A DNA stretch of 50,822 nucleotides, the filler included, from Sphacelaria rigidula (Eukaryota): assembly GCA_964200075.2 (NCBI GenBank). It is 2 parts of 2 records of this genome, joined end to end, with 100 filler letters (N's around TTAATTAATTAA, not from the genome) between each part and the next. Parts side by side here need not be neighbours in the genome. Positions count along the whole stretch, not along the records: positions 1 to 25,381 come from CAXNAA020000169.1; 1 more part is not named here. One strand, given 5' to 3'. The position numbers were made by a program, and so were the translations under genes. A model generated the notes under the pieces. The model had not been told where the DNA came from, made no database searches, and saw only the letters and a program-made list of their open reading frames with translations. Positions 9,729 to 22,700 of the stretch are shown here, in pieces. How positions within the stretch are numbered: position 1 is the first letter of the stretch; each line of letters starts with the position of its first letter.

Positions 9729-12700
9729 CTGGAGTGACCTCCGTCTCCTTCAACCGAAGCTTGGTTAAAATAATATCCAAATCCTCACCGCTACCCACCT
9801 GGGCAACAATCACGCACAGCGATAGGCATGGGGAAGTATACAAGTGTCCATCAGCACTCGTGCACGCACGCCTTCTAAATTTTAGGTATCGGAGGGTGCT
9901 TCATCCGGTAGGGTAACCGGAATGCAAGTTCTCGGAATTCGAGTCAGACACGAAGGAAATTTGAAAAAATTGCACCAACTATCAAGGGTCTCGAGAGGGG
10001 GTGTACTCATGATCTCGCATGCGATAGTCTAATGACGATTCACCTCGGATCCCTACAAAGCCGGGACGGAGCACGCCGGGTTTTCGCCTCGGTCCTGAGA
10101 GGGGGGAGTGTACTCATGATCTTGCTGGTTCTGAGGGGGGGGGGCAACATAAGTGGGTGTTGAATGGGGCGCGTGGGTGTGTGATCGCAGCCTCCTCTAC
10201 TGCGTACAACATCCATTGCGAGGTCCACAAAGAGATTGAAAGATCTTCATCGAGTGCAGTCAAAGCAGCTCAGGTAAACGATACCCCCCTGGCGTCTAGG
10301 GTCGCCGTCAGATCTTTGTTTCTACCGAGCTGTAAAAGCACAGCAGGCCATTTGCTCTGGGAAATCAGAAGAGCACTTGGACGTCAGTCGCACGGTGGCG
10401 ATCCACTGAGAAGACACCCTCTAAGAAGGAGCACAACTAGTCATTTCGATACTTCTGATACCTCAGTACTCAGCCTGTATGGCTTTTCGAGGCTCACCTC
10501 CTCAGGGTAGTAGTTGTCCATCGCTAGGCCGTTGTTGGCGGCGTTCGTGATTGCACTTGCAATCGATGCTAGATCCATTTCAATGCCGATCGCCTGACAG
10601 CCAACACGCACACAGCACACACGGCGGTCGATATATTGCTACGCAGGGTTAGCACACAAGGAAGCGTACATCCTGAGCAAATCACAACAATTCGCGGTTG
10701 GGGAATCGCGTGGTTCAAAAATAGACACGCCTACAGGATCAGGAAAAGCTTCACGGAAGATGTCTTGCATAACATACGAAGATGTCCAACTCTCAGTTTC
10801 GGGGGTGAGTAGGTATGTGAATGTAGGAAGGGAGGGGATGGGGCGGGGCTTCTGTTGACTCGAACAGTTCTGATTGCTCATCGGGATCCTTCTGCTTACG
10901 CAACTTGTGTTGTCCTCGCCGGTTTGACAATCGCATTCCACCTTTACGTCCCTTCACTATCCCACTCCTGACAAGAAAATTATCAATGGGAAGTGGGTCT
11001 ACAATGCTGTACACGATACTACCCATTCGAGTCAAGGAGTTACCAGTGCAATAGATCCTACCTCTGTGGCGCCAAACTTGAGCGCTGCTAGCCCCAGTAT
11101 ACCGCTGCCGCTGCCATAGTCGAGTACTCTTTGGCCTGAAGACGTTCTTTCCAGCCAGTTGCAGCACCTGCCGACGTTGAAGATTGTCTAGTCACTGGCC
11201 TGTGTACATATCAGGCTGGACCCCAAGGACTTCACGATGCAACTTGTGCAGAACTGCAAGAAACAAATATCGATGTCGGAGTCGGGGTTTTCTTGTGCAG
11301 GCAGCACTGACAGCAGCCGCACACAAAGCCGCCGGTTGCACTTAACTCAAAGCCAACCTGCGCGTGTACCTTGCAGGAGCACACCAATCTCCTCCTTTTT
11401 TTACGTGCCGCGCAAGGGCTCACTACACAAGGTTGTTGAGCTACCGTGTATTGACGCGAGGAGAAACAAGGTATAACATACACCCACCCCTATAAACACC
11501 CATCGTGCACGATAACGTACAATAAGGTGGTGGCATGCTCCCCCGTTCCGAATGCCGTCCCGCCCTCCAGCACGAGCTCCACCTCAACACGTGGAGAAAC
11601 ACGCGTATCGGGAAGGGAATAGCGGTTGCGATATTAAGAATGCGGCGTAGATCCCACGTGGGGTGTGATTCACATGAAGCATGAGCTAGTCACACCAGCC
11701 ATACACACCCTCAAGATGTTTTCATGTGTCTTGATCCGACGGCAGTCGAGTGAGAAAAACGACGGTCAGGACCCCCTACGGTGTCGAGTGTGAGGAGAAT
11801 GTTTCGGTTGACGACGGTATCGACGTAAATGTATTCGCGCCGAGGTTTTGTCGGCGACAACTTGGCCCACTGGTGCAGTTATTTTTATCGTTCCTCGCTG
11901 TCAACAGCTTCCAAAACTGGTGAGGTTGTTTATAGCGTTGTTCGCCGTAAACAAACACTTTGACCTACTGCAGCCTGTCCAGATGTGACACAAAATCAGC
12001 ACTACCCTTGCAACACAGCCTGTCCGACGAGACTATTCCACGAGGTACGCTGTTACATCGCATGAGGATCAACTGATGCCAAGTGAACACTCGAATCGAG
12101 CGTTTGCGTACCCTCACAGCGCCGAAAACCACGGTGTCACCTTCTCCGGCCCAAGCTGGGAGGCCGGCAAGGGATCATGCCACGGAAATCGAATGCGTAG
12201 TTTCCCCGCCTGAATGGGCTCCCATCCTTCCTAGAACGCGGATCAGAAACCGTCGGGAGAGAAATCAAACATCAGGACCACGGCGGTGCACAGCAACGAC
12301 ATAGCATCAGCACGTATGCATGCAGTAACTAGCAGCGAGTGATTACCGGCGCGCCTACCTGTGCGTTAGAGCGGGGGGCGACGGGTGAGGCGAAGGCGTT
12401 GCCCTCGCTGTGCAATGCACATACCGACCATCCGCATGGTTTGTGGATTGCATGCCGACACCACCGTTCAAGTTGGTGTCTGATCCAAATTCACAGAGGC
12501 GAGGCGCAATCGCCGACTGCCGTGTGCTATTGAATACGCTACCAAAACATTACATTCGAGGCACCGGGAGCTAGAGCACGAACGAGCTGGACGACACACC
12601 ATCCTCCCCCTCTCTTGCTCGACAAAACACTCTTTAGAGTTGGTAAAGACTACAGATGAATTGTGACGCAGCGCTGTTTTATGTGAAGAGGTATCGCCAT

Positions 12701-14582
12701 GGTACCTGCACGGTCTTGACCCAATCCTGATCCTCCACGTCATCCACCGCATAGCTCAGGGGCGAGGCCAGCTCAAACACCTGAGTGAGCGTAAAAGTGC
12801 GTACAGTCGCACTATTCATAGCTCAGACAACATCGCACACTGCACAGTCCGCCACATCCGGTCGCCCTAGGACTGCGATATCGCACTCTGGATGGGCAGC
12901 AACTCGTAACCTCAATGGATTGGTCATATCAAAAAGTGGCGGTTTCAAGTGCGACTATTAAGGAGGTTTGCACTCAAGAAAGACGCATGACGCCTTACCG
13001 ACGTCATACCTTCGTACGCCCAAGAGAATTAAATCGACTTTAGATTGCCACATGACGATCAAATGAACAACGTCATAAAGTCACGCAAAAGGGCCATACC
13101 TTTCAACTAAAAAAAAGCCATATATCCGTCGTCAAAGAATCTCAAGTGCACAAAAGGATTAGATCAGGGTAAAAAAATGATGTTTTCATCGCTCGAAAAT
13201 TCATTGTATGACGGGAATACCGTCGAATACGGACACCACCGTCGAATACCGACATCGGCCAGACTGGTGACTGTTTAAAATGCGCGCTGCAGCTGAAGAC
13301 CAGAAGGTAGGTGTCACGATAACAGAGAAGAGACAGCAGACGACTGCAGCGAAGAACCAGCGATAAATCGAATATCTACAAAATACCACACAACTCACAA
13401 ATTCTCTGTTTTGACTACAGCGGCGTCGTACCTCAACATTTCCTGCTATATGGACAACAAAGCAGCGGAACATACATCACGCCTGGAGACGTGAAGAAGA
13501 CAAGGCGTACTTATTCATCAGTAGGGAGCTGCGGTGTATTCGAGTAACTTGACATCTCGAGGTGCTCGATTCAACTGGCTGTTCGCTCACTTCTTCGACG
13601 CTGTCAACAACACTGCGAACATCCCAACGCTGAGGGAACAGCGCCACCACGCGGCTGTTAGCGCCCCACATCTCCTTCGATCCGGTGGAGGACGGAGCAG
13701 GGAATCTGGAATCAAATGCCTGATCAACACGAAAACACAAAAGTACGAGAACGAATGTCTGTTGCCACATGTTCACGCGGGTTCCACGGACTATCGCCTT
13801 CGCGATCGAATGTTTCGGGTCGAGAAATGAATTTGGTAGGGCCTGGGAAGTCGGGCGAGACATGACGAGGGCTATCGACGAAATAAAAACAGCGGCGGAT
13901 ACAAGTGTGGTCTCGTGCCTACACAGACGCTGCAGATCTCTCCATCACAAACAAACAGCCCGCGACATGTTCCGCGCTTAGCGATCTGTTGTGAAAGCGC
14001 CACCTTCGTTCCCACTATTCGGGTATCTTTACACCATTTTCGCCCCTTCGTATCGCCCTGACTGTCCTTGGCAAATACTGGGCGGCACAACTGTTTCGGC
14101 AATGAGGCAGCGCTGCGGGGTCTCGTCCGTTTGAGCGTTGTGCGTTTGATATCATTCCTGGGGGTTGGGCCTGAGTATGAATCCATCATTTCGTTCAATT
14201 TGTGTGAATGTGGCTGTCAAACAATCTACTGCAGGCCCATCTATCCTTCGCCTTCAACGAGTAGTGCCACAAAATGAAAAGCACAGGAAGCGCTACCGCG
14301 AGGTTTCCACCAGTGCTGCCCCCAACCACGTGCAAACATTAAATTCCAAACGGTTATGCCAGACAATACGTGAACTGTACACGGCATCCGCTATTAGCAC
14401 AAGAGACGCCTCTGCAAATCGACTCTCATGAATGCACCTGAGGGATGACGTCATATCTCAGAACGGGCTGTTCGTCCTCCGTTCCTTTAGCTGTATCGTC
14501 CACCGACACTGACATGGCCCCGATATTCATCAAGAACTCGCTCAGCTGCCAGGGGTCCAGCACATTGCTCCCTTTGCTGTCT
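9729..14582 (-). CDS. prmA: Ribosomal protein L11 methyltransferase (PrmA-like, probably organellar); spliced, N- and C-terminal exons not located
   Basis: GT-AG exons in consistent phase: 14438-14582, 13591-13674, 12706-12780, 12141-12230, 11521-11582, 11062-11167, 10498-10593, 9729-9798. The joined peptide has PrmA motifs LSEFLMNIGAMSVSV, VVALFP, EDQDWV, WEPIQAG...FPWH, AFGTGEHATT, VLDYGSGSGILGLAALKFGA and AIGIEMD...NAANNGL. Confidence 0.9.
9993..10145 (-). repeat. Short poly(C)-tailed interspersed repeat (family A) with a partial tandem end
   Basis: Reverse complement of GGCGAAAACCCGGCGTGCTCCGTCCCGGCTTTGTAGGGAT...CATGAGTACACCCCC, also seen at 25214, 30252 and 50074. Confidence 0.85.
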
Positions 14583-16387
14583 CTGTCGAAGGGAGATTCG
14601 ATATATGAGTGTCATATCGGTACAATACGTTTAGTGCATGTGGGCTACAAGCTAATGATCTGAGCGTTGTTCCCATGCCACAACATGTTGGTACAACTCA
14701 AGTAAGGTTCTCGCGCAATTCCTCGCCGTGTCAACCCGAGTGCAAGACACAAAGTCTTTGCGATGCCGACAAATTTATTGCTGTTTGACCATATAAAAAC
14801 ACAAACTATTGACGTACAATCATCGCCGATCGACATGCTCGCATAACCAAGTATCCTCGGCGGGCGTGGTGTGATCAATCCGTATGGTAGATTGCGGCGA
14901 TCGCTTGCACGGTGTTTATGTCCCAGGGTTAGAGTTCTGAGTTAGCGATCGAGTGCCTTTTACTTCAAATCAACCTCGATGCCGACTATCAAAATGTTCG
15001 GGGCCACACGATGATAAAGTCGCAGGCCCTCACCAGCAACGTACTCCAGAGCATGCTCACGGGCATGAGCATGTATGGATGCGCATGCCTCGGAAGCAGA
15101 GGAGGGTAAGGACACGGCGTGACCAATGATTTGCAGATGCGTAGTTACTCGATGGGCGACCTGCCTCCTTACGCAGTCCTCTTGCTGTGTGCAAAATAAT
15201 TCATGCGGTGAGTTTCATTTTTCGGCGAGATTGTGGACGAGCGTTGGTATCTGGGCGTAGGAGCTCTTATGGGATAAGTTGGAAGATGCGCGAGGAATTG
15301 CGGGAAACACTAGTGGATGCGCGGTTTCGCCGAGCCCAGCGGCATTGATGCGGTGGGGTGTCAAGTGCCAGATATATGTGTACAACTCAGCTAGCGCGCG
15401 GTGCCAGGGTGGCTACGGAAGCGGGCTGTAGAAATGAGAGGCGGCAGGAAGCGAGTGAGGGAGCGAGCTCTCACGGGGAAGGATCAAGCGGAAGATTGGC
15501 AATCGCGAATAGTAGTGATGCTTCAAGCAACATAGCGGGTTTGGGGCGCGTATTTGCGGCGATGCGGACGTGATTGTCATAGAGTAAGTTTTGTATTACG
15601 GTGCGTATAACGGGAGGTACAGCATGCTGAGGTTCTTAGGCAAGGTGCCTTGTGCTTATAGCTCGATAAGGAGACGGCGGTAGCAGCGTTGGCAAGAGCG
15701 GTATGAGCTTCCAAAACGAATGAAATGTACTTCTGGCCAAACATGTGTGGGTATGAGCTTTCGAGAGAAATGAGTGATGTTTTTGGCCTTGCATGTCTAG
15801 GTGTGAGCTTTCAAAATGAACCAATGGGTTTGCATTTGTAGGCATGCGAGAAAGCGGGGCAGCGCAGGGTAAATCGTGTTATAAGAAAGGGGGATGACAG
15901 CATAACTGTGCGGTAACACGGACCACAATTTCTTCACTACAGATGTGAACGGCGCCTCGCCGTGCGGTGATTTTTCCGCTTTTATTTTGTGATGAATGTG
16001 AGCGACGCCTTGCCGTGGGATGAATTTGCCGTTCTAGTTCGTGTTACCATTGAGGGTAGTGCGTGTATACCGCGTGCTTATCAAATTAACAAGAAGCGGT
16101 TTGCACCCATGCGTGGCGATCGACGCAGCCCCGCCACCGAGTAAGCGGTTTCCAATCGCTTCCTGATAACGTGGAAGGAGCACCGTGTGATACATCCATG
16201 AAAACCAGCTCAGGAATGAGTCGGACACGACGTGCCACCGTGTAAGCAGTTGCAGTCGCCATGCTTGATGTGGTAGGACCAAACACAAATATACTCCTGT
16301 GCAGTATGATAGTTCAGCAATCACCAGTTGTTTTAACAGATCTGGGGAGAAGCCATGCTGGTTTCAGTTGTAAATATCAACTGATAC

Positions 16388-17218
16388 AATAGTTTTTTGC
16401 TGAAATAGTTATTTGTGTAATTTTTTCGCAGTCGACGATTTTCAAATGTGTTTTCGCGTCCCACCACATCCAACTGAACGTTTGATAAAGTTCGGGGATC
16501 GGGAGATACTAGGTATTCGCTCCTCATTAAGAAACAAAATCATCTCCGCATTCAATCTTGAACGACTTACGGGTTGACCGGTTTTCGGGGGGTCCTGGGA
16601 CCACCTAACCCCAGGTTCTGCCTCCCACCTGTTTACTGCGCTAGAGCCGAAAATCTGTGTTTTTGGACCAGTGACGGTCGATAAACCCCTCTGATCAAGG
16701 AGGCACCTACGCCGTATCACGCTGACAACACCATTTAAGGACTATGTCCTGAGAACGATCTGCTTCTTTTCCCGATATATATATTGACGCTGGGACTTTC
16801 GAGTGCTAAGGAAGAATAATATAGGAGAAAGTTCAGGAAAATATCCAACTACGAACATTGCCCTACCGAGCTCTGCAGAGCACAGGGAGGATGAGTCAGC
16901 CTCGATCGCTTTCGTGAATAATTTCACAGATCCTTACTTTTTGTTGTTACCTATTCATTGGGCTAGAGCCGAAAACAAGCATATTTCAACCGAAACTGTC
17001 AGTAACACCCCCCTGTCAATTCAGTCCGGAAGACGTTCAATATTGAGCGCAAACATGATATTTTTATTTCGGAATGTTGACCGGATGCCCAGTATTTCCC
17101 GATCCCCAGACTTCGGGATCAAACATTTACTGAGATGAGCGGTGGCATGCGAAAAACGGTTCAAAATCGCCGACTACGAAAAACTCACAAACATCCCCTA
17201 TTTCAGCTGAAAACTACT
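16388..17218. mobile_element. Degenerate fold-back / non-autonomous TIR-like element
   Basis: Arms of about 180 bp at 16388-16570 and 17030-17218 are diverged reverse complements (GGGGATCGGGAGATACT vs AGTATTTCCCGATCCCC; GCTGAAATAG vs CTATTTCAGC). Confidence 0.65.
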
Positions 17219-17599
17219 GTAGAGCGCCCAGAGACGGGTTGCGGCTGGTGGTTCCTGAACACGTCCACGATAAACTGGGACGGGGACCTTAGTCATCAAC
17301 AACATCGCTTCGCTCTTTGCGCACAACGATAACAGAACCCAGTAACGAATTCACCCCCGACTTGCGCGTGTATACCGTGCTGCTGTCACATAGATTGACG
17401 CGGACGCACGGTGGGTAGCGCAATTAACAGAGGACAGGCATCCGTGCGATGGGAGTCGTGGAGCACCGACAACCGAATCTGAGAAAAGACGAGGCGCAAT
17501 GAGCGCACCAAACATGGATGGATAGGGATTCCGGCGTGTGGGTCCCTTCCACCGCGGATATCTCGGACACTTGGGGAAAAGTGGGTGGTAGGACGCCAT

Positions 17600-18620
17600 G
17601 TGAAATTACTTTTCGCGATACTAACGGCGTTGTGCCGGGTTCGCTCCAGGGCCAAGCTGATTTGGGGGAGAAAGTGTGACTCAAAAGCACCCTGGCCGCC
17701 AGATTTTACCATGGGTGAAACAAGGGGTCAATTTATTCTGTTGAGTTCTTCAGGCAGAACTCCAAAGGAGAGTCCTTGCCGAGGTGGTTTCGGAAGGAAG
17801 TTTTCTCGGGTCGAGTTTTTCCGAACAAAATCCCAGCAGAGCACGTCGATTTTGTAGCGGCAGAAGTGAAAGGTTCGGTCGCGACATGCCTCGTCCGATT
17901 GGAGCAGACTAAGGGTGAAGGGTACAAGTGGAACGAGGCGGCGTACGTAGACGAATTCAAGCGTGAAGCGTAGAGCCCACAGAGTCGCGCCTGATGTACG
18001 GTGCAAGACCACTACACGAGTACCATAGACACGTGCCTTTCACCATGAACACGGCAGGGGGCAGCAGCCTGCAGGTATTGCGAGGGCAAAATGTTTCCAG
18101 GGTTCATTGGACGAAAATGAGTATTCCCACCTCGTCATGTTACACCATGATTCATGACCATTGTTTAGAGTTGTGTTTCGGGATGAACATTACGTGTGAA
18201 GCGTTCTACCGGTTGGACGGAACGAGAGCACATACGTGCACCAGAAGGTGTTCGAGGTGAGTATAATCGATACTTCTCGGGGGGCAAACGGATATCAGCC
18301 ACCACCTACATGGACGATGCTTCGTGAACGGGGTCTCAGGCCTCGCAGGCCCAACCTGAGTGCGTGCAGTGAAAGTCAGCGGCGGTAGTGCTAGCGTTGG
18401 CGGTATCGGTATCCTTTCCGGCAAGGTTGTATTTTGAGTGCGCAAAACGTGACATTGTCCCGAGGAAGGTGCAAAGATTCCTGGGAATTTTGTTCAACAG
18501 CGGTAGAGTAGCAGATCGAGGACCACGAGACAAGCTGGATGAATTGAACGCCTTATTAAGGGTAGGTATGTCCCAAAAGAGTGATAAAGAGGCAGCCTTA
18601 GAGAAAACGGGGAGATGCAT
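17600..18620 (+). mobile_element. Decayed reverse transcriptase of a DIRS/Ngaro-like (tyrosine-recombinase) retrotransposon
   Basis: Frameshifted plus-strand peptides FRDTNGVVPGSL, WVKQGVNL, FPNKIPAEHVDFVAAEV, HVPFTMNT, LPVGRNES, YMDD (18307-18318) and KRDIVPRKVQRFLGILFNS...PRDKLDEL. The DIRS assignment is by recalled motif style, not a search. Confidence 0.7.
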
Positions 18621-19477
18621 AAATCCGACATTAATACATAATCGGGAACCATTTTCTCCGCGTACCCTCCTTCAACGTGCGGGGAACCCCAGCGACTGGC
18701 CACCGTTGCGAGTATTTGTCTGCTGGCTTGTGCTGAGATTCAAATCCTTGTCACAAACCACTCCATGCCGGTGTTGTTTTTCTGAAGTAAATCATTGATG
18801 TTTCGGGTGCTCTTGAAGGCATCTCCTCCGCTTCAGTACAAACTACAGCAATAATCCTGGCTCAAGCTTACTTGCTTGCATTTGAACGCAAGGACCGGGC
18901 AAGGGCTGTAACGACTACACCTATCGCAAACCCACCTTCCACCATGTCAAGGTTGGGGCCCAATAGGCCAGTTTCCACGCCCTGCTAAACAACCGAGAAG
19001 CCAGTTCGAGGATGGTCGTGAGCTGTTGAAACGTCACGAGATGAAGAATCACCAGTAAGCAACATCCTCGGCCTGACGTTTCGTATGCAACGTGTGCGGA
19101 TCACGAAACAACAGCAGCCCTGTGCTGTCGTAGCAAAATACAGTACAGTACAGTACATTGTAACAGCACAGAACTGAGAGCCTCCCCGCCTGCTGGTAGG
19201 ACACTGCAAACAATAGAAACGTCTTCGCCACCACTCCATGACGTCAGACTCAGCCGCCAGCATGATGCATGCCTGTGCGGCAGCGACGACCTGTCTTGAG
19301 ATTACGTGGCCCATGGCAAACACTATTTCTGTGACTACAGTGCCTATCGTTACCGTTACATGCTGACCAAAACGGACCCGGCTGGCCGGGGTGGATAGCC
19401 AAAGCACACTTTTCATCAATCGGCGTAAATGGTTAACAAGGAATCCGCAGCTTGTCGCCTGTTTTGCAAACACGGAA

Positions 19478-19726
19478 AACACTTTCCACGATAGCCCCCC
19501 CAAAAAATGTGGCTGGTTTATGGAGGCAAAATCTACACGTAAATCAAAATAAATAAAGCCGAGCATAACAAACAGCTGGGAGTTCCCACGCTTGGGTTCG
19601 TTTTCGCCAATGTCGCCCACATGAGGCGCTTTATGCAGCCTGAAACCAAATATCAGGTGCTGTGTGACCATTTTTCTCGTGACAGTTTTGGGCTTGTTTT
19701 GGGTGGGGGCTATCGTAGAAAGTGTC
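19478..19726. mobile_element. MITE-like element (about 250 bp), copy 1
   Basis: TIRs ACACTTTCCACGATAGCCCCC / GGGGGCTATCGTAGAAAGTGT. The internal sequence is homologous, in opposite orientation, to 43927-44186. Confidence 0.75.
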
Positions 19727-22700
19727 GGCATCCGTCCAGAAAGTGGCGGGAACGAATTCTCGCGTGCGTCAAGGGCAGTTACTGGCAAACGCTACAACAG
19801 GAGTTGGCCGTCACATCGCCTGTCGTGTAAGCTGCCACCGTCTGCTGCTCGGGATAGGGAGTGCACTAGATCAAAGCATTTCTGTATCAGCCAGTACTTG
19901 AATGCTTTCCAGCCCTTTCCCTCGCTGGTACATCTGTTGCTTTCATTGTGTAATAAATATGTGAATTTATGTGGGCCAATAATGTAATTAATTCTGTGAA
20001 GGTCCACCGGCCGTCGGGGACGCCTCAGAAGGGTGGCAAGCACTGCTATTTTTTGTACAAAAATCAAAGGTTTCACCCAAACACTTACTTGGCCAGATAC
20101 CAACAGACACATTCAAACAATAGAACACGAACAGATGTGAGAGAGCCGACTGCAGGTACGTAGTTATATTGCACCTGCAATCACATTACGTCAAACACAT
20201 TCCACTGGCGATAGCATACTCATATCAAGTGATGATATCTGGATACTTTTCTCGTGACTGAATACGTACCCCGGTTGAATGTGCGTGTTTTTCGAGACCA
20301 GGCTCACCTTGCGGTTTACCGTACGTTCTTAGAAAATGTAACACCAAGAGAACACGGGAGCGTTTCCCCCATCAGCTGCTTTCAGGCCGGAGAGCAGGGA
20401 ATCATGAATTAACTTTCGTGATCTTGCCGTGCCGCAGATATGATCTCTTTTCATCCATTTTTAACCATTCGGAGCGTACATTCATGTCTGTTTGGTGGCA
20501 TGGTTACAAGCCATGACTCGAGACATAAATATATATATATATGCATACATATCCATGATTTCAAACGTGCCCCCAAATAAGGATGAAACAGACAGACCAC
20601 GTGCCCGCTTGCTTGATTGAATGCTGGAGGGGCGGGCCGCGGGCCGCGGGCCGCGGGTATTGCTTCCGTGCGCTGCTGATTCATGCTGCTTTCGTGTGCT
20701 CTTGCTAGACCCGTGCCAGCATTGAATGATCATAGACCTCATCAAAAGAAGAACAGTCTTATTTCAAAGTTCAAACTTTTGTATAGATCTCTCGGATTCA
20801 CTTTCCTCTATCGTGATATTCCGTTGACCGGAAGGAAGTATAGTAGGAGCTCCAAACCAACACATGCCGTGGATTCATTCGAAACCTGTTTGCTCCGCCC
20901 TAATTGAATGTCTCCAATGTACTCTTGACCGTGTGTCTACACGCAGTACGCAACTGCTGCATCACCTGAGCGGAATGCTTGTCCTTGGTCGATAGGTAAT
21001 CCATCGACGCTGCTTTCGCTCGCTTTACGTCGGTCGGTGAGCGAGGTGCCCATGTAATTGGTTCAATACCAACCAAATAATAGTGAGAGAGGGCCTGTGT
21101 GTTCACCTTCCGTCATTGCGCTGTAGTAGCTCAAAGACTGTTAAGCCTTTTGGCACTGGCGATGAAAATGTCTGGATTTCGCGGTGCTGTTTTTTTTAAC
21201 GACATATGGATGACGTTTTTGGCTTTCACGCAAGACTATCAGCCCGGGGTGTGTTTTCAGACTCGTATACTGTATAAATGTGCCCAAGTGCAGCACGAGA
21301 CTCCGTATACAGAAAAAACACAGGCGGTGCCGATTTTTGTTTGCATAGAGTTCAGGCACGCAAGTGCTAATTTTGGCTGTGTACACAAAGTTGAACACAC
21401 TTGACCCGTTGCATTCTCATTGGACAGAGCTAATCCGACCGCACCGGGGTGATATTTTTGGTGCGCGCATGACGCATGCTGGTGGATCCTTCTGTAGCCT
21501 TCCGCCGTAAAACTGATTGCTGTCGGTCCCTATTGTTTCCATCTTTTCTTTCATGTCGGGGCTTGAAAAATTAGGCGTCCAGCCCGGGGACGGAAGGAGA
21601 TGGTTCCCAAAGGGTGAACATTATATGTACATGTATCATTTCACATTTTCCACCACTTTTGCCGAGTTCTCTCTGGCGGCAAGGCATTGTTCCCCGCGCT
21701 TTCTTTTGCAGTGCACTGAGAAGGCTCAACGGTACAATACCGTTCAGGTTTGGGTGTCATCTGATACCTGTGGCGCGTGTTCTGACCACCGAAAGTCGCT
21801 CAAACTGGCCCTTTTTCGCGGGGTGTCGATCCCGAACCACAAAAGCCTTTTTCAAAATCAAGAAAAAACTCGAGACAAGAACCCGAACCACAAAAAAGCC
21901 TGTTGAAGATCATGAAAATCTGCAAACAGGATTACCTTTGATTCGGTGATGCCATTCTGATTTGGTGACTTGGTGACGCCGCTTGTACCCCGCACAATCA
22001 TCTCAGACACCATCGATTCGCGATGCTGTCACCAACTGATACTCTCACCACACCCGTCTCCCGGATCTCATAAACCTCGGCTTCAACTCAGACACCGTTA
22101 TTGTCAGTTCACCGTGGATGCACTTGCCCTTGTACCTTACTGCTCCTCCCACACTGAACTGACTCACCTGGCTCATCACACAGGCAATCTCGCAGGGCAA
22201 TGTGATCTGAAACGGCTTCTAGATACTGCAGCCACTATAAACATCTAGGAAAACTCCCCCTTCTGCACAAGACATCGGTTCTTCCCCAACACAGAATCGA
22301 GCCTTTTTGGCGGGGTATATATATTTCCCCCGTGTTTCTCTTTGTCGCGTTCTCGTACATTTGGGAGCACGAACACACACACCGGTTATATCGCCAATGT
22401 CACGAGAGCATGAGAGCAAATCAGTTGGAAACGATTGAACATTACCTTGGCCTCAGTCAGGAGCAACACAAGACCGTGCAATGGGCCGTTGGCGAGGTGA
22501 ACAAGGCACACAGGACGGCATCACACGAATGTTTGGCCGCAAAAACAATCACCCTGTTTAAAAAAAAGGCCCGGTGATGTGGAAGCCACAGTGATGCACA
22601 AAGAACATGCCAAGGATGTTCCACGCATTCCGATTTTTCGGGAGTGCCTCCCGCTGTCATGTCTTTGTGGCACGAGAGCTACTTCGCACTCTGGCACCTC

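Noticed and set aside
15400-15585. First prmA exon encoding a signal peptide (MLLEASLLFAIANL...)
   Set aside because: It could not be linked in phase to exon 14438-14582 by convincing splice sites.
18985-19788. 267-aa ORF with similarity to ORF 43691-44158
   Set aside because: The similarity is confined to the shared MITE sequence, and no protein motif was recognised.
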